A DNA stretch of 61,728 bases, filler included, from Deltaproteobacteria bacterium (GTDB lineage: Bacteria; JAUYMQ01), in assembly GCA_030698575.1 (NCBI GenBank). It is 12 parts of 12 records of this genome, joined end to end, with 100 filler letters (N's around TTAATTAATTAA, not from the genome) between each part and the next. Parts side by side here need not be neighbours in the genome. Positions count along the whole stretch, not along the records: positions 8,643 to 19,899 come from JAUYMQ010000204.1; positions 20,000 to 23,418 come from JAUYMQ010000206.1; 10 more parts are not named here. One strand, written 5' to 3'. A program made the translations under genes and the position numbers. The notes beneath the pieces were generated by a model, which was given only the letters and a program-made list of their open reading frames with translations, had not been told where the DNA came from and did no database searches. Each line of letters begins with the position of its first letter. Position 1 is the first letter of the stretch. Of this stretch, positions 12,430-21,828 are shown one piece after another.

Positions 12430-13245
12430 TCAGCCTGCTGATCCGAAGGCGCGCATGCGCGGATCGAGCCGATCCCGCAGGCCGTCTCCGAGGAAATTGA
12501 GGCCCAGGATGGTGATCATGAGGGCAAGCCCGGGAAAGATCGAAAGGTGAGGGGCCATGAAAAGGTAGTCGATTCCCTCGTTCAGCATCCCGCCCCAGCT
12601 TGGCATTCCCTGCGCTCCCAGCCCGAGGAACGAGAGGCTCGCCTCGCCCAGGATGGCCGCGGCAACGCCGAAGGTCGCCTGCACGATGATCGGCGCCCAG
12701 AGGTTGGGAAGGATATGCCGGAGGATGATCCGGCTGTCTCCCGCGCCCAGCGCGCGGGCGGCGCTCACGTACTCCATCTCACGGATCTTCAGGAACTCCC
12801 CCCGGACCAACCGCGCGTAGCCGACCCAGCCGAGGGCCGAGAGGGCGAACACGATGTTGCGCAGGCTCGGCCCCAGGATCGCCGTGAGCGCGATGGCCAG
12901 CAGAATTCCCGGGAAAGCCTGCAGGATGTCGATGGCCCGCATGATGACCTCGTCGGCAATCTTGCCGAAATAGCCTGCCAGGCTCCCCAGAAAGAGCCCC
13001 ACCAGGACCGAGATGGCCACTGTCGAGATTCCCACCAGCATCGAAACCCGCGCGCCGTAGAGGATGCGGCTCAGGATGTCGCGGCCGGAGCGGTCCTGGC
13101 CGAGCGGGTGCTCCGCGCTGGGCCCGCGGAATTTCTCCGCGAGGACCTGACGGTCGGGGTTCGCCGGCGCGAGGGCAGGGGCGGCGACGGCCACGAGCAG
13201 CGTGATCGCCATGATCGCCAGCCCCACGCGCGCAAGCAGGCTCAT
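12430..13245 (-). CDS. peptide/nickel ABC transporter permease (DppC/OppC-like)
   Basis: HPLGQDRSGRDILSR, EAA-like loop, EASLSFLGLG and GDGLRDRLDP. Confidence 0.93.
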   Translation of the reverse strand: MSLLARVGLAIMAITLLVAVAAPALAPANPDRQVLAEKFRGPSAEHPLGQDRSGRDILSRILYGARVSMLVGISTVAISVLVGLFLGSLAGYFGKIADEVIMRAIDILQAFPGILLAIALTAILGPSLRNIVFALSALGWVGYARLVRGEFLKIREMEYVSAARALGAGDSRIILRHILPNLWAPIIVQATFGVAAAILGEASLSFLGLGAQGMPSWGGMLNEGIDYLFMAPHLSIFPGLALMITILGLNFLGDGLRDRLDPRMRAFGSAG

Positions 13246-13290
13246 CGGTCCCCCTCTCCCTTCCCCGACGCCCGCTCCGGGGCAGCCGGA

Positions 13291-14211
13291 CTACTCCATG
13301 CGAATTCTTGGGTCCACCGCCGCGTACAGGAGGTCAATGGCCAGATTGACGAGGACGTAGCTCAAGCTGATCGCCAGCACGCACCCCTGGACCAGGGGGT
13401 AGTCGCGCGCCTCGATACCGTCGACGAGCAGGCGTCCGATGCCCGGCCAGGCGAAGACCTTCTCGGTCACCACGGCGCCGGAGAGCAGCGCCCCGATCTG
13501 CAGCCCCAGCACGGTCAGAACCGGGATCAGCGCGTTTCGAAATCCGTGTTTCAGGATCAGCGTGCGCTCCGTGAGCCCCTTTGCACGGCCCGCGGTGATG
13601 TACTCCTCGCGGATGACTTCGAGCATCGCCGACCGGGTCATCCGCGAAAGGATGGCCGCCAGCGCCGTGCCGAGCGTGATCGCCGGCAGTACCAGACTCG
13701 AAATGCCTGCCCTTCCCGAAACCGGGAACCAGTCGAGATGGATCGCGAAGGCGAGGATCAGCAGAGGTCCGAGCCAGAAGCTCGGCATCGAAACGCCGAC
13801 GAGCGAGAGGAACATCGAGCCGTGGTCGAAAGCAGAGTAGGGGCGGATGGCCGACATGATCCCCGCGGGGATTGCGATGAGGATCGCGATGATCATGGCG
13901 GCCGTCGCCAGCTCCAGGGTGGCCGGAAGGCGCGCGAGGACCATTTCCATCACCGGCTTGTCATATCGCAGCGATCGGCCGAGGTCGCCGTGAACCAGGC
14001 CTCGCAGGAAGCGCACGTACTGCTCCCCGAGCGGGCGGTCGAGGCCCATCTGCGTGCGCAGCTCCGCCACATCGGCCGCCCGGGCCGTGTCGCCGAGCAT
14101 GATGGCCAAGGGGTCGCCGGGGATAAAATGAATGAAGAAGAAGACGAGAGTCGAGACCATGAAGGTCACGAACACGAGGAAGGCGAGGCGCCTCGCGATG
14201 AACGTGCTCAT
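13291..14211 (-). CDS. peptide/nickel ABC transporter permease (DppB/OppB-like)
   Basis: PGDP, GDLGRS, RAKGL, EKVFAWPGIG and DPRIR. Confidence 0.93.
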   Translation of the reverse strand: MSTFIARRLAFLVFVTFMVSTLVFFFIHFIPGDPLAIMLGDTARAADVAELRTQMGLDRPLGEQYVRFLRGLVHGDLGRSLRYDKPVMEMVLARLPATLELATAAMIIAILIAIPAGIMSAIRPYSAFDHGSMFLSLVGVSMPSFWLGPLLILAFAIHLDWFPVSGRAGISSLVLPAITLGTALAAILSRMTRSAMLEVIREEYITAGRAKGLTERTLILKHGFRNALIPVLTVLGLQIGALLSGAVVTEKVFAWPGIGRLLVDGIEARDYPLVQGCVLAISLSYVLVNLAIDLLYAAVDPRIRME

Positions 14212-15761
14212 TGCTCTCCGGACCTGTCGCTCTCCAGCGCCCCCGCCAGGCTCGCGGCCAGCACGCCGCGAAGATCCCCGCCCAGCCAGATGTCATATCC
14301 TTCGACGCGATTCTGCATGGCTGCGACGTCCGTGGCGTACCACAGGGGGACGTAGGGGAGGTCATGCGCGATGATCCGGAGCGCCTCGGCATACAGTGAT
14401 TTGCGCTCCGCCTCCCCCGTGACTTCCCTCGCGCGGGTGACCAGCTCGTCCACCCGCTGGTTCGCGTAGCGGCCGCGGTTGGCGCCGTTCTCGGGAATGC
14501 TCTCCGAGTGGAACGCGTAGTAGAGGATGTCCGGATCGGTCACGCCTACCCAGGTCAATCCGAACATCTGGAAATTGCCCCGCTTCACATCATCGTACAG
14601 CGTTCCGAACTCGAGCGATCGGAGCCGCGCGTCGATCCCGACCTCTCTCATGTACTGCACGATCGACTCGCCAATCTGAACCCGTTCCTTGTTCGTCGAG
14701 GTCTTGTAGGTGATCGCGAATCGCCACCCGTTCTTGTCCGGCAGAAGTCCGGCTTCGTCCAGGAGCGCGCGAGCGCGGGCGGGGTCATAGTCGTAGCTCT
14801 CCACGTCGTCGGCATAAGCCCAGTTCGTCGGGGCGAGCAGCTCCCTGGCCGGCGTAGCGAGGCCCTGCAGCACGTGCTCGATGATCGCCTCCCGGTCGAT
14901 CGCATGCGCGATGGCCGCGCGCACGGCGCGCTTCTTCAGGAGGGGGTCCTCCATGTTGAAGCCCAGATAGGAGAAGTTGATTCCCGGCCGGGTCATCACC
15001 TCGACGCCCGGATCCTCCCGCAGGAATTCCACCGCGTGCGCCGGGATGGCGTTCTGGACCAGATCCACGGAGCCCTTGCGAAGCTCGAGCACGCGGGTCG
15101 TGTCGTTGGGGACGATCTTGAACACGGCGCTTTCGATGCGCGGAGGCCCGCCATGGTAGGAAGCGTTCGCCTTCATGACGACGCGACTGTCGGTTTCCCA
15201 GGCGCTGAAGCGGAACGGCCCGGTGCCGATGGGCGCCTTCGCAAATGACTCGGGGCTCTGGCCCGCGAGATCCGTCGGCACGATGCCCGTGGCCGCCGCG
15301 GTCAGGAATGGCGCGTAAGGGGCATCGAGCCGGATGATCACCGTGTGGGGGTCGGGTGTTTCCACCGCCTCCACCCTTGAAAAGTCGCTCCTCCGCGGAG
15401 ATCGCGTCTTCTCGTCGAGAATGGATGCGATCGTGAAGGCGACATCCGCCGAGGTGAAAGGTTGCCCGTTGTGGAAGCGAACGTCCCGGCGGAGGTGAAA
15501 GACGTAGGTCCGCGGGTCGGGCGTTTCCACACGCTCCGCCAGATCGGGAACGAGCCGCCCGTCGCGATCCTGCGTCATGAGGCCGTTGAAGAGGAGCGCT
15601 GACAGCCGCGAGGAATAAGCATCCGTAGCCAGGCGAGGGTCGAGCGTCGAGGGGTTCGATTCGATGGCAATGACGAGGGTGTTCCCCTCGGGGCGCGGAG
15701 ACCCGCCGCACCCGCTGGCGAGAAACGCCGCGGCGAGAAGGAACGTTACGGAGCGCCGCAT
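14208..15761 (-). CDS. ABC transporter family-5 substrate-binding lipoprotein
   Basis: Lipobox ASGC; LDP; PDLAE; FHNG; PIGTGPF. Confidence 0.92.
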   Translation of the reverse strand: MRRSVTFLLAAAFLASGCGGSPRPEGNTLVIAIESNPSTLDPRLATDAYSSRLSALLFNGLMTQDRDGRLVPDLAERVETPDPRTYVFHLRRDVRFHNGQPFTSADVAFTIASILDEKTRSPRRSDFSRVEAVETPDPHTVIIRLDAPYAPFLTAAATGIVPTDLAGQSPESFAKAPIGTGPFRFSAWETDSRVVMKANASYHGGPPRIESAVFKIVPNDTTRVLELRKGSVDLVQNAIPAHAVEFLREDPGVEVMTRPGINFSYLGFNMEDPLLKKRAVRAAIAHAIDREAIIEHVLQGLATPARELLAPTNWAYADDVESYDYDPARARALLDEAGLLPDKNGWRFAITYKTSTNKERVQIGESIVQYMREVGIDARLRSLEFGTLYDDVKRGNFQMFGLTWVGVTDPDILYYAFHSESIPENGANRGRYANQRVDELVTRAREVTGEAERKSLYAEALRIIAHDLPYVPLWYATDVAAMQNRVEGYDIWLGGDLRGVLAASLAGALESDRSGEQ

Positions 15762-15908
15762 CGACGCGGAGACTATCAGAGAGTTGACGGCTTGTCATGA
15801 AGAAGAGCGGAAAGCGTCTCCGGGGAAGCCAGATCGTCACATTACGGTTGAAGGGTCCGGGGGGTTCTGTTAATGAAATGAGACCGACGAGCGTCCCGGA
15901 GGCGGGCT

Positions 15909-17483
15909 ATAAGAAACCTCAGCCGGTTTTCCGCCGGTATTCTGATCCGCTCCTGTCCGCGCCGGCGGGCGGGAGCCCTCCTGTTCCTTCTGGCGACGCT
16001 CCTGGCGATCCCCCCTCCCGTCGTTTCGGCCGCGGGTGAAAATCCCGCGACGCGATCGGCATCAGACTCCCCCCCGACTGCTGAGCCAGCCGCGGAGATT
16101 GATCACGCGGCAGGGCCGGATCTTGCCCGGGAGCGCCTTGCGCGCGCGATCCGGCAGGCACTCTCCGCGGCGCCCGCCGGCATGGCGGTGGGGGTGGCCG
16201 TGTTGTCGGGTGAGACGGGAGAAATACTCTTTGAGAGCGGGGCCCGGCAGCCGCTCATTCCGGCTTCGAACGCCAAGATCTTCACGATCGCGGCCGCGCT
16301 GGATCGTCTCGGGACGGCGTTCGTTTTTCGCACGGAAGTTCTGGGGACGGGCCCGATCGAGGCCGGGGTGCTCCGGGGCGGGATCACCCTCCGGGGGTCG
16401 GGCGACCCCTCGCTCACGACCGAAGATCTGTGGGCGCTCGCGCTCGATCTTGAGGCTCTCGGCATAAAGCGTATCGAGGGGGATCTTGTTCTGGACGATG
16501 GGGCGCTGGATCGGACGCAGGCCCCGGCGGCGCGCGCCGATCGGTACGGCGACCGCCCTTATGGCGCGATGACATCGGCGCTCACCTCGAATTTCAACAC
16601 GATCGCGGTTGAAGTGGCGCCGGGTCCGAGGAGCGGCGGGCCCGCCCGGGTCGTGACCGTGCCGCCGATCCCCCGGGTGCGCGTCGAGAACCGGACGGTG
16701 ACGGCTTCCCGGGATGGCGGGCGCGAGAGCCTCGCGGTCTCGATCGCGGAGCCCGCGGGTGAGGGGCCGGCCGAGGTCGTGACCGTGCGGGGGAGCATTC
16801 CGGCCGGTTCACCGCCACGGCGCATCTGGCGAAGCGTGGGGCGACCGGCGCTGGTGACGGGGCTCCTGTTCAAGGGGCTTCTGGATCGGGCCGATATCGG
16901 CTTGAGCGGGGAAGTCCGGACCGGCGCCGCGCCCGCCGGCCACCGTGTGCTTGCATCGCACGCGTCGGCACCCCTTTCGGTGCTCCTTCGCGACGTGGGC
17001 AAGCGCTCGAACAATCTCTACGCCGAGCAGATTCTCAAGGCGCTCTCCCAGGCTCAGCCGGGTTCCACTCGCGGGGGGATTGGCGCCGTGGAGGGATGGT
17101 TCGACAAGGTCGGAATACCGCGCAGCAGCGTTCGCGTGGCCGACGGATCAGGACTCTCGACGCAAAATCGCGTGGCGCCCCTGGAGTTGGCGAGAGCGCT
17201 GCGCGCCGGCGCGCGGAGTCCGATTTCAGGCGCTGAGTTCCGGAGCGCTTTTGCAATCGCGGGTGTGGACGGTACACTGGAGAAGCGAATGACCGGGCTC
17301 AGGGGCAGAGTGCGCGGGAAGACGGGCTATCTTACCGGCGTGAGCGCGCTATCGGGGTGGGTGACCACGCCGGCCGGAGACGAAGTCTTCTTCGCGATTC
17401 TCGCCAATAAGATCGGGGCCGATCCGTCTGCCGCGAAATCGCTTCAGGATCGAATCGTCCGGGTTGTTGCCAATGCGAACTAG
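15909..17483 (+). CDS. dacB: D-alanyl-D-alanine carboxypeptidase/endopeptidase (PBP4, peptidase S13)
   Basis: SxxK (ASNAK), SxN (SNN), DGSGLS and KTG. First ATG is at 16182, but the frame is open to 15882 and includes a signal-peptide-like stretch; ATA at 15909 follows GGAGG. Start uncertain. Confidence 0.88.
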   Translation: MRNLSRFSAGILIRSCPRRRAGALLFLLATLLAIPPPVVSAAGENPATRSASDSPPTAEPAAEIDHAAGPDLARERLARAIRQALSAAPAGMAVGVAVLSGETGEILFESGARQPLIPASNAKIFTIAAALDRLGTAFVFRTEVLGTGPIEAGVLRGGITLRGSGDPSLTTEDLWALALDLEALGIKRIEGDLVLDDGALDRTQAPAARADRYGDRPYGAMTSALTSNFNTIAVEVAPGPRSGGPARVVTVPPIPRVRVENRTVTASRDGGRESLAVSIAEPAGEGPAEVVTVRGSIPAGSPPRRIWRSVGRPALVTGLLFKGLLDRADIGLSGEVRTGAAPAGHRVLASHASAPLSVLLRDVGKRSNNLYAEQILKALSQAQPGSTRGGIGAVEGWFDKVGIPRSSVRVADGSGLSTQNRVAPLELARALRAGARSPISGAEFRSAFAIAGVDGTLEKRMTGLRGRVRGKTGYLTGVSALSGWVTTPAGDEVFFAILANKIGADPSAAKSLQDRIVRVVANAN

Positions 17484-19881
17484 GAAACATGACGGGGGGA
17501 TGCTCACGGTACTGCTCGCACTGGTGCTCCTGCTGGGAGCGCCGGCCGCGTGGGCCGAGCGTGGTGGTGTGGCTTCGCCCCGCCTGCCCGGCGACCGTGG
17601 AGGCGGATACGCCGTTCCACCCCTCACGGGCGAGTTCGCCGCCCGGCCGGAGCTTCGCCCTGCAATCGAGTTCTGGAAGGGGGTCTTCGGCCTCTACAGC
17701 ACCGACCAGGCCGTGGTCCACCACGCGCAACAGCTCGACGTCATCTACAGCATCCTCGATTTCAAAGACCTGAGAGGCAACCCCCGTGCCGCGAGCATCC
17801 GGCGGTCGCGAACTGAGGCCGAGGTGGGCCGGGTCCAGGCGATGCTGCGCCGCATGCAGGCCGCGGGCGCGCCGGCCGGCCTTTCCGAGAAGGAGCGCCG
17901 CATTTATGATCAGCTCCGCAAGGCGCCGGGCGGCGTGAGGTCGGCGGCGATCGAAGAGAACATCCACGTTCAGAGCGGCATCAGCGATCGGTTCCAGGAG
18001 GGATTGATAGTCTCGCGGCGCTACCTGCCGGAGATCGAAGCCATCTTCAGGGAAGAGGGGCTCCCGCCGCAGCTCACGCGAATGCCCTTCGTCGAGTCGA
18101 CCTTCAACGTCAAGGCCCATTCCAAGGCGGCGGCCTCCGGGATCTGGCAGTTCATCCCCTCAACCGGGCGGCTCTACCTCCAGATCACGAACGCGGTGGA
18201 TGAGCGCCGCGATCCGATCATGGCCACTCACGCGGCCGCGAAGCTCCTGAAGCACAACTACAGCGTTTCCAGGCGGTGGCCGCTGGCCGTGACCGCTTAC
18301 AACCACGGTCTCGGCGGGGTCATGCGGGCTGTCCGCACCACGGGTTCCTCGGACATCGTCGACATCATCCGGAACTACCAGGGTGCCCGATTCGGGTATG
18401 CCTCCCGAAACTTCTTCGTGGAGCTTCTTGCCGCCCTGGAGGTTGAGCGCGACTACGAGCGATACTTCGGGCGCCTCAGCTTCCCGCCGCCTTTCAGCTA
18501 CGACGAGATCCGGCTCAACCGTTCCCTGCTGGCGCGCCACCTGGTGCAGGGAGGGCTCAGCCAGGATGATCTGACCGAGATGAACCTCGCGCTGAGCGAG
18601 CGGACGCTCAACAATTACTACTCGATACCGGCAGGCATGCCGATCCGCGCGCCGCTCGGCCGTGGCGAAACCATCGTCGCGCGCCTGAACGGCTTGCGCG
18701 AGTCCGAAGTGGCGACCGCTGTCGCCAGGGGGCCCGGAAAGCACCGGGTGCGCTCGGGCGAAACCCTCTCCGGCGTGGCGAGCCGCTACGGGCAGAGCCG
18801 ACACGCCCTGGCCCGCGCGAACGGAATCTCATCGAATGCCAGGTTGAGAGTCGATCAGGTGCTCACCGTGCCCGGGAGTTCGGGCGGCAGTCGGAGCGTC
18901 TCGATCGGTTCGGGAAACCGGGCGATCTTCGTGCGGAGGGTCGACCCCGGGCAGACCTTCCGCGCTGTGGAGCCGGAGGCCGCTCCCCCCACGCGGATGG
19001 CCTCGAGCCGGGGCTCCTTCGATGCGACCGCCATCGCCCTAGATGCTTCTGAGAGGCCCGCTTCTGAGATGCCGGCCTCGGAGGGCTCGGCGCACGCAAT
19101 CGCGCCTCCACCCAGGATCGAGAAGAAGGACGCCGAGACTCCCCCGGCGGTCATACCTCCGGCACCGGCACCGGCCCCGCCCGCGGCCGGGAAGCGACAG
19201 GACTCCGCTGACAAAAAGCTGAACGAACCGGTGTTGGATGAAGCGGCCCCAGCGGTCGCCCGGGAAGCACCACCAGCCCCCCCGGCGGCCGCGCCCGATC
19301 CAGCTCTGCCGGCCAAGCCCATCGCATCGCCCGGCGCTGTTATCGGCAGGACGGCCCCGGCGCAACCCTCGGGCGGAGAGGCCGTGGCCGGGGAGCCGTC
19401 CGCACCCGAAGAGTTGGGCGTGACCCATGTTGTGCGTCGCAACGAGACGCTCTGGATCATCGCAAAGAATTATGGCGTCTCGGTGGCCTCAATCGAGCGC
19501 GCGAACGCAGACAAGCGCCTCTCGCCGCTCATTCCGGGAACCCGGCTCGCCGTCAATGGCGGCTCAGCGGCGCGGGAAGACGCCCCAAGCGAGACCCATG
19601 TGGTGCGACGCAACGAAACGCTCTCACGCATCGCGAAGAAATACGACGTGTCGCTTTCGGATCTCAGGTTGTCGAACGCGGAGAAGCGTCTCTCTCCGCT
19701 GATGCCGGGAACCAGGCTCCGGGTTCCCGGGTCGGGCAAGACGCATGTTGTGCGTCGCAACGAGACGCTCTGGGGGATCGCCCAGCGCTACCGGGTTTCA
19801 TTGAACGATCTGAAGGCGGCCAATTCCGGCAAGAGGCTCTCGCCGCTCAAGCCCGGCACGGAACTGTTCATACCCGGATAG
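17473..19881 (+). CDS. MltD-like lytic transglycosylase with four LysM domains
   Basis: SLT motifs VES, GIWQF and AYNHG; one central and three C-terminal LysM repeats (HVVRRNETL) separated by a Pro/Ala-rich linker. Confidence 0.9.
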   Translation: MRTRKHDGGMLTVLLALVLLLGAPAAWAERGGVASPRLPGDRGGGYAVPPLTGEFAARPELRPAIEFWKGVFGLYSTDQAVVHHAQQLDVIYSILDFKDLRGNPRAASIRRSRTEAEVGRVQAMLRRMQAAGAPAGLSEKERRIYDQLRKAPGGVRSAAIEENIHVQSGISDRFQEGLIVSRRYLPEIEAIFREEGLPPQLTRMPFVESTFNVKAHSKAAASGIWQFIPSTGRLYLQITNAVDERRDPIMATHAAAKLLKHNYSVSRRWPLAVTAYNHGLGGVMRAVRTTGSSDIVDIIRNYQGARFGYASRNFFVELLAALEVERDYERYFGRLSFPPPFSYDEIRLNRSLLARHLVQGGLSQDDLTEMNLALSERTLNNYYSIPAGMPIRAPLGRGETIVARLNGLRESEVATAVARGPGKHRVRSGETLSGVASRYGQSRHALARANGISSNARLRVDQVLTVPGSSGGSRSVSIGSGNRAIFVRRVDPGQTFRAVEPEAAPPTRMASSRGSFDATAIALDASERPASEMPASEGSAHAIAPPPRIEKKDAETPPAVIPPAPAPAPPAAGKRQDSADKKLNEPVLDEAAPAVAREAPPAPPAAAPDPALPAKPIASPGAVIGRTAPAQPSGGEAVAGEPSAPEELGVTHVVRRNETLWIIAKNYGVSVASIERANADKRLSPLIPGTRLAVNGGSAAREDAPSETHVVRRNETLSRIAKKYDVSLSDLRLSNAEKRLSPLMPGTRLRVPGSGKTHVVRRNETLWGIAQRYRVSLNDLKAANSGKRLSPLKPGTELFIPG

Positions 19882-20042
19882 CTCGCCAGAGCGCGTTACN
19901 NNNNNNNNNNNNNNNNNNNNNNNNNNNNNNNNNNNNNNNNNNNTTAATTAATTAANNNNNNNNNNNNNNNNNNNNNNNNNNNNNNNNNNNNNNNNNNNNA
20001 CCGTTTGCAGTAGTTGTGGGCCTATCCTAAAATCACCTCCAG

Positions 20043-20066
20043 CACCGCAGCTTTCAAGCTGCGGTG
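20043..20066. terminator. GC-rich hairpin (possible terminator)
   Basis: CACCGCAGCTT-TC-AAGCTGCGGTG perfect inverted repeat; no clear U-tract. Confidence 0.4.
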
Positions 20067-20156
20067 TACGATATGCAACTTATCTAGTTGACGGCCTTCA
20101 GGCGGGGGTAGAAGATGATTCTCGGCATGACCTCATGTAATTAGTAAGGAGGCGCA

Positions 20157-20321
20157 ATGACCACACAGGAGCTGGAGTTCGACCGTAGCCAACTGGGCGT
20201 TGAGTACGACGCAGGCACCTTCCCGGTGAATGCGGACAGGATCATAACATACTGCCGTGCATTGGCAGAGACCAACCCCATCTACACCGATGAGAAGGCG
20301 GCCCGGGCTGCGGGCCATCCT
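20157..20321 (+). pseudogene. MaoC-like dehydratase N-terminal fragment, truncated at a chimeric junction
   Basis: TAAGGAGG RBS; MTTQELEFDRSQLGVEY...YCRALAETNPIYTDEKAARAAGHP, after which the frame becomes non-protein-like. Confidence 0.7.
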
Positions 20322-21825
20322 CCTCGAGAAGCACGGGACCATCTGCTGGGGGGCGACCATCAAGGACGCCTACCTCGCCACGGTGGAGCTGATCAGCCGG
20401 GCGGAGGAGGCCATCGCGCGTCAGGCGAAGGGGCGGGTCCGCTTCGGCGGCGTCGTCATGGAGGCGCCGGCGGCAGAGGCGCGCCGGCGCGTGGCGCTCG
20501 CCGCCGCACCCCACCTGCGGGGCCTCGTCGGCCGGGAGCGGCGCGCCATCGTGCTCTTCGACGATGCGCCCGACGTGCTCGAGTTCTCCGCTTCGCGAGA
20601 AGCCCAGGCCCTCTGCGGGATCGGGCCGGCGACGCCGGATCACACGATCTATACCAAGCGGCTGCCCTGCTTCGTGCCCGTGGATCGGCCCGCCGATGCC
20701 GAGGCGGTGAAGGCCGCGCTCGGCGTGTCCGTGGAGCGCTTCGTCGCCGAGTACACGGCCTACGTCGACGCCCACGACCGGCAGGGCGCGACGCTCACCG
20801 ACCCGTACCCGCGCGTGATCGTGATCGCAGGGCTCGGCATGTTCACCGCCGGGAAGGACCGCCGCACCGCGGGCATCGCCAGCGACATCTACCACCACAC
20901 CGTCTCCGTGCTGGGGGCGGCATCGTCCTTCGGGCCCTATGTGTCACTGTCGGCCCAGGATGCCTTCGACGTGGAGTACTGGCCGCTCGAGCTGTACAAG
21001 CTTGCCCAGGCGCCGCCGGAGCGGGAGCTGTCTCGCCGGGTCGCGCTTGTCACGGGGGCGGCGGGCGCCATCGGCCGGGCGGTGGCGCTGCGCCTGGCCG
21101 CCGAGGGGGCCCACGTGGTCCTGGCCGACCTCGACGCGGCCGGCGCCCGCAAGGCCGCCGACGATCTCTGCGCCGCTCACGGAGGGGGACGCGCCATCGG
21201 TCTCGGCATGGACGTGGCGAGCGAGGCGTCGGTGCGGGCCGCGTTCGAGGAGACGGTGCTCGCCTATGGCGGGATCGACATTGTCGTCTCCAACGCCGGT
21301 ATCGCCCACTCGGCGCCCGTGGATCGCATGGAGCTCGCCGACTGGGAGCGGGCATTCGCGGTGAACTCCACCGGCCACTTCCTGGTGGCGCGCGAGGGGA
21401 TGCGGCTGTTCAAGGCGCAGGGGCTCGGGGGCGCCTTCGTCTTCGTCGCGACGAAGAACGTGATGTCACCCGGCAAGGACTTCGCCGCCTACTCGGCCTC
21501 CAAGGCGGCCGAGGCCCAGCTCGCCAAGGTACTCGCCCTCGAGGGCGGGCCCCACGGCATCCGCTCGAACATCGTGAACCCGGACGCCGTGTTCCGGGAG
21601 TCGAAGCTCTGGTCGGAAGAGGTCCGTCGCGAGCGGGCTCGCGCGCATTGCATCGCGATGGACGACCTGGAGGACTTCTACCGCAAGCGGAACCTCCTCG
21701 CCCAGCCCGTCCTGCCCGAGGACGTGGCCGAGGCCGTGCTCTTCCTCGCCTCCGACCGCTCGGCGAAGACCACCGGATGCACGCTCACCGTGGATGGCGG
21801 CGTCAAGGACGCCTTCCCGAGGTAG
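20299..21825 (+). CDS. bifunctional rhamnulose-1-phosphate aldolase / short-chain dehydrogenase (5' truncated)
   Basis: LEKHG, ATPDH and EYWPLELYKL aldolase part; TGAAGAIG, NAG and YSASK SDR part; N-terminus missing. Confidence 0.88.
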   Translation, partial: RPGLRAILLEKHGTICWGATIKDAYLATVELISRAEEAIARQAKGRVRFGGVVMEAPAAEARRRVALAAAPHLRGLVGRERRAIVLFDDAPDVLEFSASREAQALCGIGPATPDHTIYTKRLPCFVPVDRPADAEAVKAALGVSVERFVAEYTAYVDAHDRQGATLTDPYPRVIVIAGLGMFTAGKDRRTAGIASDIYHHTVSVLGAASSFGPYVSLSAQDAFDVEYWPLELYKLAQAPPERELSRRVALVTGAAGAIGRAVALRLAAEGAHVVLADLDAAGARKAADDLCAAHGGGRAIGLGMDVASEASVRAAFEETVLAYGGIDIVVSNAGIAHSAPVDRMELADWERAFAVNSTGHFLVAREGMRLFKAQGLGGAFVFVATKNVMSPGKDFAAYSASKAAEAQLAKVLALEGGPHGIRSNIVNPDAVFRESKLWSEEVRRERARAHCIAMDDLEDFYRKRNLLAQPVLPEDVAEAVLFLASDRSAKTTGCTLTVDGGVKDAFPR

Positions 21826-21828
21826 CGC

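Noticed and set aside
19420-19860. Three nucleotide repeats at the end of the lytic transglycosylase gene
   Set aside because: Explained by tandem LysM domains.
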